Shown here piece after piece: positions 14,449 through 21,646 of a DNA stretch of 21,646 bases. Under the pieces are notes generated by a model, which worked only from the letters and a program-made list of their open reading frames with translations, was not told the origin of the DNA and did not search any database. Within the stretch, counting starts at the first letter, position 1. Each line of letters begins with the position of its first letter. Origin of the DNA: an uncultured Arcobacteraceae bacterium (lineage in GTDB: Bacteria > Campylobacterota > Campylobacteria > Campylobacterales > Arcobacteraceae); the NCBI GenBank assembly GCA_964022095.1, contig CAXHZO010000027.1, positions 1 through 21,646 on the forward strand. Direction: 5' to 3'. A program made the position numbers and the translations under genes.

Positions 14449-15429
14449 ATGAAGAAGGATTTTATAGTTAATAATAAAATAGATACGAGTGAATACTCAA
14501 AAGCACTTAATCTAATTGAAAAAAGTAGATATATACTTATTGTTACTCATGTAAATCCTGATCCAGACTCAATTGGTTCAGCATTAGCTTTATCAAATCT
14601 ATTTCATGAAAATAAGATAAAACACAAAGTATTTAATGTCAGTTCAGATCTACCTCAAAACTTAGATTTTATTCCTAAGTTTGATAAGATTACTGATCAA
14701 TTACCAAAATTTTTTGATTTAGTTATAAGCGTTGATTGTGGTACAAAAAGAAGGTTAGGAATAGAAGTTGATCCTAGTATTCCTTTAATTAATTTTGATC
14801 ATCACAAATCAAATGATAGCTTTGGAACTGTAAATATAGTTGACCCTATGAAAAGTTCAACTGCAGAGTTAGTTTTTGAATTTTTTAAACATAATGGTTT
14901 ATACATAACAAAAAATTCAGCAACTGCACTTTATGTTGGAATATATGATGATACTTTAGCTTTTTCATTAGGTAGATGTGATGAGATTACTTTTGAAAAG
15001 GTAAACTTTTTGGTTGAGTGTGGAGCAAATCCATCTGATATAGCAAATAAACTATTAAGAAGAGACTCATTAGCAAAATATAGAATGATTCCGAAAGTAT
15101 TAAATAGTTTAGAATTATATAAAGAAGGTGAAGTTGCAACTATAATTGCCTTACCTCAATGGTTTGAAGAAACAGGAGCTCACAATAGAGATTGTGAAGA
15201 TGCATTAGATATGATTATGAGTATGGCAATAGTTAGAGTTGCTTTTTTCATAAGAATTGTAAATGGTGTATCTAGAGTTTCATTACGTTCAAAGGGCAAA
15301 ATTGATGTTTCTTCAGTTGCACAAAACTTTGGTGGTGGTGGTCACTTAAATGCTGCAGGTTGTAGTATAGATATATTAGATGTTAAAAAAGCAAAAGAGA
15401 TTGTATTAAAGGAAGTTCTTGAGATTTAA
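14449..15429 (+). CDS. nrnA: DHH/DHHA1 family phosphoesterase (NrnA-like nanoRNase / pAp phosphatase)
   Basis: THVNPDPDSIGS, VDCG, FDHH, SLRS, GGGGHLNAAG motifs. Confidence 0.88.
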   Translation: MKKDFIVNNKIDTSEYSKALNLIEKSRYILIVTHVNPDPDSIGSALALSNLFHENKIKHKVFNVSSDLPQNLDFIPKFDKITDQLPKFFDLVISVDCGTKRRLGIEVDPSIPLINFDHHKSNDSFGTVNIVDPMKSSTAELVFEFFKHNGLYITKNSATALYVGIYDDTLAFSLGRCDEITFEKVNFLVECGANPSDIANKLLRRDSLAKYRMIPKVLNSLELYKEGEVATIIALPQWFEETGAHNRDCEDALDMIMSMAIVRVAFFIRIVNGVSRVSLRSKGKIDVSSVAQNFGGGGHLNAAGCSIDILDVKKAKEIVLKEVLEI

Positions 15430-16801
15430 TAATAGAAGAGAAAATAAAGCAAAAAAGTTTTTACTTTTTTTATTAGTTATATTAGTAATAGGTAGTGGGG
15501 CATTTGTATTTTTCTCACCAATGTTTGAAAAAAACTCTCCAAAGATATCAATAAATGATGAAATTTATTGGAATTTAAAAACACCATTGAAAATTAATTT
15601 TAGTGATGATAATGAAATTAAAGCATATGAAATTGTATATCAAGATGAGAAAAATGAAATTAGACTTGATACACAAGTTATAAATAAATCAAAAGGTTCA
15701 ATTGATTTAAATATTATTGCTCCTAAAATGCTTGAAAAATATAAGCCAGAACAAGCAGTATTAAAAATAAATGTTAGTGATACAAGTAAATGGAATTTCT
15801 TTATGGGTAATGAACTTAAAAAAGAAGTTAAATTAAAAGTTGATAAAAAAAGTCCTGTTGCAAATGTAATATCAAATACATATTTAATAAAACAAGGTGG
15901 TAGTGCAGTTGTAGTTGTTGAAGTAAAAGATGAAAATTTAAAAGATATGTATATTTCATTTAACAATGAAGAGAGATTTGAATTAATTCCTTTTTACAAA
16001 GAAAACTTTTATGTATCAGTTATTGCTTGGCCTATTTATATAAAAGAGTTCCAACAAGTTAATCTAATTGCAATTGATGAAGCAAAAAATAAAACAGCAA
16101 CAAAAGTTCCATTATATATCAAATCTTTAGAACCTAAAATAGATACATTGAAAATATCAGATAATTTTATTGATAAAGTTAGTAAAAATGTTTTACAAAA
16201 AAGTAGTTTAGATATTCCAGTAGATCAAGCAGAAGTATTTGTAAAAGCAAATAAAGAATTAAGAAGAATCAATGTCGATGTAATCAAAAATGAAACTAGA
16301 AAAAAGATGGATAAAACAAAAGTTTCAAAATTTGATTTAAGTATATTTAAGAGATTACCTTCTTCTATGACTTTTGCATCATATGGAGAAAGAAGACACT
16401 ATATGTACAAAGGTAAAAAAATAGATGAAGCTTGGCATTTAGGAAATGACTGGGCTAGTGTAAAAAAAGCTAAGATTTATACATCAAATTCTGGTAAAGT
16501 AATTTATAATGATTATTTAGGAATTTACGGAAATACTATAATTATTGATCATGGTTTTGGTATATCTACACTTTATGCACATACAAGTAGAGCAAATGTG
16601 TCATTAAACCAAGAAGTAAGTGCAGGTGATTATATTGCTAATACTGGCTCTACTGGGGCTGTATTTGGAGATCATTTACACTTTGGAGTTTTAGTTCAAG
16701 GTATTGAAGTAAATCCAGCAGAGTGGTTGAGTAAATATTGGGTAAGAGAAAATATTACAAAAATCATAAATAATGCAATGGAAGTGATAAAAAGCAAATG
16801 A
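15419..16801 (+). CDS. M23-family peptidoglycan metallopeptidase, N-terminal membrane anchor (TTG start)
   Basis: HLGND (HxxxD), YGNTIIIDHG, LYAH, GSTG...GDHLHF motifs. Confidence 0.92.
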   Translation: MRFNNRRENKAKKFLLFLLVILVIGSGAFVFFSPMFEKNSPKISINDEIYWNLKTPLKINFSDDNEIKAYEIVYQDEKNEIRLDTQVINKSKGSIDLNIIAPKMLEKYKPEQAVLKINVSDTSKWNFFMGNELKKEVKLKVDKKSPVANVISNTYLIKQGGSAVVVVEVKDENLKDMYISFNNEERFELIPFYKENFYVSVIAWPIYIKEFQQVNLIAIDEAKNKTATKVPLYIKSLEPKIDTLKISDNFIDKVSKNVLQKSSLDIPVDQAEVFVKANKELRRINVDVIKNETRKKMDKTKVSKFDLSIFKRLPSSMTFASYGERRHYMYKGKKIDEAWHLGNDWASVKKAKIYTSNSGKVIYNDYLGIYGNTIIIDHGFGISTLYAHTSRANVSLNQEVSAGDYIANTGSTGAVFGDHLHFGVLVQGIEVNPAEWLSKYWVRENITKIINNAMEVIKSK

Positions 16802-17703
16802 AACAAAGAACAATAGCAAAAAGCGTAGAAATAGTAGGTATTGGACTGCATAAAGGAGTTCCTGTAAAAATGAAACTTGAGCCACTTGATAGTGACATGG
16901 GTATTATTTTTTACAGATCTGATGCTGGTGTTACTATTCCAGTAAAAAGAGAGTATGTAGTTGATACAAAAATGGCAACAGTAATTGGAAAAGATGATGT
17001 TGTTGTTTCTACTATTGAGCACTTATTATCTGCTGTTTACGCATATGGTATTGATAATCTTAGAATCATAATTGATAATGATGAGGTTCCTGTACTTGAT
17101 GGAAGTTCATCTGGATATTGTATGTTAATTGAAGAAGCTGGAATAAAAGAGCTTGATAAAAGTAAAAAAGCAATTAAGATTAAAAAAGAAGTTGAAGTTA
17201 CAACTCCTGAGGGTAAAAGAGTTTGTTTAAAACCATCAAATAGAATTGTTTATGATTTTAAAATCAAATTTGATCACCCTGCAATTGGTGAGCAAGAGTT
17301 TCATTTTGATTATTCAATTGATGAATATAAAGAGAATATTAGCCGAGCTAGAACATTTGGGTTTTTACATGAAGTACAATATTTAAGAAGTATTGGACTT
17401 GCTCAAGGTGGATCAATGGAAAATGCAATTGTACTAGACCAATCAAAAGTTTTAAATCCTGAAGGATTAAGATTTGATGATGAGTTTGTAAGACACAAAA
17501 TTCTTGATGCAGTTGGAGATATGGCACTATTAGAATATACTTTAGTTGGTGAGTATGATGCAATCGCAGGAAGCCATCACTTAAATCACTTACTAACAAA
17601 AAAACTTTATGAAGATGAAGCAAATTATGAAATAATAGATCTAGAAGAAGCTAATAGTGAAGCTAAAGTATTCCAAATGGCATATTCAAAAGTTGAAGCA
17701 TAG
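16798..17703 (+). CDS. lpxC: UDP-3-O-acyl-N-acetylglucosamine deacetylase
   Basis: GIGLHKG, TIEHLLSA, DGSS, ARTFGF, RHKILDAVGD motifs. Confidence 0.98.
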   Translation: MKQRTIAKSVEIVGIGLHKGVPVKMKLEPLDSDMGIIFYRSDAGVTIPVKREYVVDTKMATVIGKDDVVVSTIEHLLSAVYAYGIDNLRIIIDNDEVPVLDGSSSGYCMLIEEAGIKELDKSKKAIKIKKEVEVTTPEGKRVCLKPSNRIVYDFKIKFDHPAIGEQEFHFDYSIDEYKENISRARTFGFLHEVQYLRSIGLAQGGSMENAIVLDQSKVLNPEGLRFDDEFVRHKILDAVGDMALLEYTLVGEYDAIAGSHHLNHLLTKKLYEDEANYEIIDLEEANSEAKVFQMAYSKVEA

Positions 17704-17711
17704 GAATATAC

Positions 17712-18164
17712 TTGGTAGAAGTTTTAGTTATAACAATTTCAAATCCTTTATTAATTGGAGTTTATGAAAATAATGAATTAATAAAAGAGTATAAACTTGA
17801 AGGTAAAACTTCTGATTTATTGCCTACATTATTTGATAAATTATTAGAAAAATATGATATAAAAAGATTAAACTATGTAAACACTCCAGGCTCTTTTATG
17901 GCTATAAAAGTAGCTTATGTATTTTTAAAAACAATTTCAATTACAAAAAAATTAGAGTTTAGAGCATGTGAAGGCTTTGAATTTAATGAGAATTCACCCA
18001 TAAAAGCATTGGGAAAGAAATACTTCATAAAAGATGAAAATGAAATTAAAGTAGATTTTTTAGAAAAAGATAGTATAATACGCGATTTTAAATTACCTTT
18101 AAATATAGAAAATATAAATTTTAATAATCAAACACTGCCAATATATAATTTACCAGCTGTGTAA
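17712..18164 (+). CDS. tsaB: Short TsaB/YeaZ-like protein (t6A biosynthesis accessory), TTG start
   Basis: SDLLP..., YVNTPGSFMAIKV (GPGSFTG-like), C-terminal LPIYNLPAV; conserved lpxC-tsaB-thrB context; AGGA RBS. Confidence 0.72.
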   Translation: MVEVLVITISNPLLIGVYENNELIKEYKLEGKTSDLLPTLFDKLLEKYDIKRLNYVNTPGSFMAIKVAYVFLKTISITKKLEFRACEGFEFNENSPIKALGKKYFIKDENEIKVDFLEKDSIIRDFKLPLNIENINFNNQTLPIYNLPAV

Positions 18165-18175
18165 GAAGGAAATAA

Positions 18176-19057
18176 ATGAGAGTAAGCGTTCCAGCTACTA
18201 GTGCAAACTTAGGCCCAGGCTTTGATAGTTTAGGTTTAGCAATTGCAATGAAAAATCAAGTGGTAATAAAACCATCAAAATTTCATAGTGTATCTTTAAG
18301 AGGAGAGGGGTCAAATAACCCAGCTTTAAAAGATAACAATATGTTCATATCAATCTTTAATGATTTTTATCATAATTTAACTCATAAAAAAAGAAACTTT
18401 AGATTTGAATTTCAAAATGAAGTTCCATTATCAAGAGGATTAGGTAGTTCTTCTGCAGTAATTGTTTCTGCAATTGCTAGTGCTTATGCAATTGAAGGAA
18501 TAAAACTTGAAAAACAAAAACTTTTAAATTTAGCACTTGCTTATGAAAATCATCCAGATAATATTACACCTGCAGTTATGGGTGGATTTAATGTTGCGAC
18601 TGTTCAAGATAATGAAGTTAAGTTTATTAATAAATCAATTCCAAAGGTATTAAAAGCCGTTGTTGTAATTCCTAATAGACCAATTTCTACTCAACTGTCT
18701 AGAAAAACACTACCATATAAATATTCAAAAGAGGATGTAATTTATAATATTTCTCACTCTTCTTTATTAACTGCAGCATTTATGGGTGAAAACTGGGATA
18801 TGTTAAGAGTAGCTTCTAAAGATAAAATACATCAAAAATTTAGAATGAAACATATGCCTGAACTATTCGATGTTCAAAAAACTGCTTTAGCAAATGGCTC
18901 AATTATGAGTACACTATCAGGTTCTGGTTCAACACTATTTTCTATTGCTTATAACGATGATGCAAAGAGATTAGAAAAAGCTTTAAAACAAAAATTCCCA
19001 CACTTCAAAGTGTTTACAACTGACTTTGATAATGCTGGTGTGAGAATAGAATTATAA
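18176..19057 (+). CDS. thrB: Homoserine kinase
   Basis: [24 protein letters not shown] (GHMP motif), [17 protein letters not shown]. Confidence 0.98.
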   Translation: MRVSVPATSANLGPGFDSLGLAIAMKNQVVIKPSKFHSVSLRGEGSNNPALKDNNMFISIFNDFYHNLTHKKRNFRFEFQNEVPLSRGLGSSSAVIVSAIASAYAIEGIKLEKQKLLNLALAYENHPDNITPAVMGGFNVATVQDNEVKFINKSIPKVLKAVVVIPNRPISTQLSRKTLPYKYSKEDVIYNISHSSLLTAAFMGENWDMLRVASKDKIHQKFRMKHMPELFDVQKTALANGSIMSTLSGSGSTLFSIAYNDDAKRLEKALKQKFPHFKVFTTDFDNAGVRIEL

Positions 19058-19093
19058 AGTTTTTGGAAATTAAGAACATTTTAGGTATAATAT

Positions 19094-19369
19094 TTGGCTA
19101 ATTTGAAAAACATCTTAAGAACTTGTATTGTTTGTAGAACAAAATACGAGCAAAAAGAGTTATTAAGATTGAAATGCGAAAATAAAAAACTTGTGCGATA
19201 TAATAATTATGGTAGAAGTTTTTATATTTGTGAGACTTGTTCAAAAAAAATTCTAACGGATTTAAAAGTCAAAGAATTAAAACGATTAGAAAAAATACTA
19301 AACAAAGAGTGTAAAAGTCAAGATAACTTCGTTACACAACTTAAGGAGATACTAACAGATGTCAGATAA
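19094..19369 (+). CDS. ylxR: YlxR/DUF448-family RNA-binding protein (start uncertain: TTG 19094 or TTG 19103)
   Basis: RTCIVCR...ELLR...GRSFYICETC motif; immediately upstream of infB. Confidence 0.85.
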   Translation: MANLKNILRTCIVCRTKYEQKELLRLKCENKKLVRYNNYGRSFYICETCSKKILTDLKVKELKRLEKILNKECKSQDNFVTQLKEILTDVR

Positions 19370-21646
19370 AGTAAGAGTTTATGAAATTGCAGAAGAAGCG
19401 GGAGCTAGTAGTCAAGATGTGATTGCTAAAGCAAAAGATTTAGGTGTAGAGCTTAAATCACCTCAAAGCGCTGTATCAGTTGAAGATGCTGAAGAGATTG
19501 CAAATTACATAATCACTGGAAAAAGTGCTAAGCTTGCAAAAAAAGCTGCACCAAAGCCAAAAAAAGAAGTAAAAAAAGTAGTTGAAGAAACTAAAGAAGT
19601 AAAAGCTGAAGAAAAAACTGAAAAAAAGATTGAAGAGAAAGCTGAAGAGAAAAAGGCTGAACCTGAAGTTAAAAAAGTTAAAGAAGTAGAAAAACCTGTA
19701 ATTTCAAAACCAAAACCTGTTACAACTGCTAAACCTGAACAAAAAGAAGAAAATAAACCAGCTGTTAATCCTGAAAACAGAAATAAAATTGTTCCAAAAA
19801 GAAGAGGTTTAAAAATTGTTAAGAAAAACAATCCTAAACCTGCTAAGCCAACTCCTGAAGAATTAAATGCTATGGATTCATCTGGTAAAAAACAGATGAA
19901 ATCTTTAAGTGAAATTCTTGGTGGAAGTGATCAAAAAGATGAGATTAAAACTAAAGATATAAAAATTCCACCTGCAAGTGCAGATGCTAGAAAAGCTAAA
20001 TCTAGAAAAGAAAAGAAAAAACCAACACAAAAATCACAAGATCATGGTAAAAAACTAAATGTTGATTATGCTGGTGATTTTAAAAGTTCTGATGACTCAT
20101 TATTAGGTGAAGAGGTTGTTTTACTTGATATGGATTTAGGTGATAACATCAAAATCTTAGAAGAGCAAAAACCTCAAAATAATAACAACAAGAATAAACA
20201 AACTAGAAGTTCTAGACCTGCTGCTTTTGGTAATGCACCAAGAGGATTAAAAAGAGGTAAGAGAAAGAAAAGAATTAGAAGAGAAGTTGAACAAGTTGAT
20301 ATTACTGAAGTAACAATACCTGAAGATATTAGAGTTTACGAATTTGCAGAAGCTTGTGGAAAATCAGCTTCTGAAGTAATTACAGTTCTATTTGGGTTAG
20401 GAATGATGGTTACTAAAAATGACTTCTTAAAACAAGATGAATTAGAGATTCTTGGAGAAGAGTTTGAAATTGAAGTAACTGTTAAAGATGCTTTAGAAGA
20501 TGCTAATTATGTAGATGAGTATTTAGAAGAAGAGATTGATGATTCAAACTTTGTAACTAGACCTCCAGTGGTTACTATAATGGGACATGTTGATCATGGT
20601 AAAACTTCATTATTAGACAAAATTAGATCTGCAAAGGTAGCTTCAGGTGAAGCTGGTGGAATTACACAACATATCTCAGCATATACAGTTGATCAAAATG
20701 GTGAAAAAATTACATTTGTAGATACACCAGGACATGCTGCTTTCTCTGCAATGAGATCAAGAGGTGCTGATGTTACTGATATTATTATAATTGTTGTTGC
20801 TGCTGATGATGGTGTTAAGCCACAAACTGAAGAAGTGATTTCACATGCAAAAGCATCTGGGTGTCCAATTATTGTAGCAGTTAATAAAATTGATAAAGAA
20901 GCAGCAAATATGGATATGGTTAAAGCACAAATGGCAGAGAGAGAAATGACTCCTGTTGATTGGGGTGGAGATGTTGAATTTATTGGTGTTTCTGCATTAA
21001 CTGGTCAAGGTATTGATGATTTATTAGAAAATATTTTAATTCAATCTGAAATGTTAGAACTTAAAGCTGATCCTACTGCAAAAGTAAAAGGTGCTGTTGT
21101 TGAGTCATTACTTGAAAAAGGTAGAGGTCCAGTTGCAACTATTATTGTTCAAAATGGTACATTAAAAGTTGGTGATAATATTGTTTGTGATACTACATAT
21201 GGTAGAGTTAAAGCAATTACTAATGATCAAGGTAAACCAGTTAAAGAACTTGGTCTTTCTGAAACAGGTAATGTTTTAGGTTTAAATGACGTTCCTGTTT
21301 CTGGTGCTATTATGGTTGCTCAAGATTCTGAAAAAGAGGCTAGAGAAATTGCAACAACTAGAGCTGAACACGCAAGAGCAAAAGAATTATCTAAATCTAC
21401 TAAAGTTACTTTAGAAGAGATGAGTGGATTAATTGCAGAAGGTAAAATTAAACAACTTCCAGTAATTATTAAAGCTGATGTTGGTGGTTCTTTAGAAGCT
21501 ATTAAAGGTTCATTAGAAAAAATTGCTAATGAAGAAGTAAAAGTTAAAGTTATTCATGCTGCTGTTGGTGGTATTACTGAATCAGATTTAGTTCTTGCAG
21601 GTGCATCTGAGGGTTGTATTATCTTAGGATTTAATGTAAGACCTAC
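19359..21646 (+). CDS. infB: Translation initiation factor IF-2, 3'-truncated by window edge (absent from the ORF track)
   Basis: AAGGAG RBS at 19343-19348, ATG at 19359 (MSDKVRVYEIAEE), in-frame RPPVVTIMGHVDHGKTSLLD at ~20560-20620, DTPGHAAF, NKID, EKGRGPVAT. Confidence 0.98.
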   Translation, partial: MSDKVRVYEIAEEAGASSQDVIAKAKDLGVELKSPQSAVSVEDAEEIANYIITGKSAKLAKKAAPKPKKEVKKVVEETKEVKAEEKTEKKIEEKAEEKKAEPEVKKVKEVEKPVISKPKPVTTAKPEQKEENKPAVNPENRNKIVPKRRGLKIVKKNNPKPAKPTPEELNAMDSSGKKQMKSLSEILGGSDQKDEIKTKDIKIPPASADARKAKSRKEKKKPTQKSQDHGKKLNVDYAGDFKSSDDSLLGEEVVLLDMDLGDNIKILEEQKPQNNNNKNKQTRSSRPAAFGNAPRGLKRGKRKKRIRREVEQVDITEVTIPEDIRVYEFAEACGKSASEVITVLFGLGMMVTKNDFLKQDELEILGEEFEIEVTVKDALEDANYVDEYLEEEIDDSNFVTRPPVVTIMGHVDHGKTSLLDKIRSAKVASGEAGGITQHISAYTVDQNGEKITFVDTPGHAAFSAMRSRGADVTDIIIIVVAADDGVKPQTEEVISHAKASGCPIIVAVNKIDKEAANMDMVKAQMAEREMTPVDWGGDVEFIGVSALTGQGIDDLLENILIQSEMLELKADPTAKVKGAVVESLLEKGRGPVATIIVQNGTLKVGDNIVCDTTYGRVKAITNDQGKPVKELGLSETGNVLGLNDVPVSGAIMVAQDSEKEAREIATTRAEHARAKELSKSTKVTLEEMSGLIAEGKIKQLPVIIKADVGGSLEAIKGSLEKIANEEVKVKVIHAAVGGITESDLVLAGASEGCIILGFNVRP

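Noticed and set aside
11937-17623. Opposite-strand ORFs 11937-12182, 14072-14257, 15640-15966, 16691-16885, 16696-17022 and 17348-17623
   Set aside because: All lie within conserved genes on the other strand (plsY, nadC, M23 peptidase, lpxC) and show shadow-ORF composition.
17712-18164. tsaB as a truncated pseudogene
   Set aside because: Intact RBS, tight operon packing and a clean C-terminus; short TsaB-like proteins are usual in this lineage.
19505-19831. 108-aa Phe/Ser-rich minus-strand ORF and apparent GAA/AAA repeats
   Set aside because: Mirror image of the Lys/Glu-rich low-complexity N-terminal linker of IF-2; neither a gene nor a true tandem repeat.

Overview
AT-rich chromosomal window from a Campylobacterota (epsilonproteobacterial) genome; gene order and protein style suggest Arcobacteraceae (inference). 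Most of it is core housekeeping: the end of the cbb3 cytochrome c oxidase operon (ccoO-ccoQ-ccoP, DUF4006, an uncalled 30-aa membrane microprotein, two accessory genes), an AddB-like nuclease, prfB, folB-plsY, nadA-nadC, a DHH phosphoesterase, an M23 peptidase, lpxC, a short TsaB, thrB, ylxR and the 5' part of infB. The middle (5.5-11.5 kb) holds three outer-membrane porin genes and a c-type cytochrome. The most interesting signal is non-coding and looks like an RNA-based porin switch. (1) The predicted 5' leader of porin 1 (5607-5628) is antisense to the ribosome-binding region of the MOMP-like porin 3 mRNA over 22 nt (21 Watson-Crick pairs plus 1 G:U), with a second collinear GCGCGAA match in a hairpin loop. 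(2) An unannotated ~70-nt candidate sRNA (9353->9284, minus strand) with its own -10 box, 5' hairpin and intrinsic terminator is antisense to the same region. (3) The sRNA and porin 2 promoters share a pho-box-like direct repeat with identical spacing. This resembles E. coli MicF/OmpC/OmpF logic, but in a lineage lacking Hfq. The matches are seen directly in the sequence; the function is inferred and untested.
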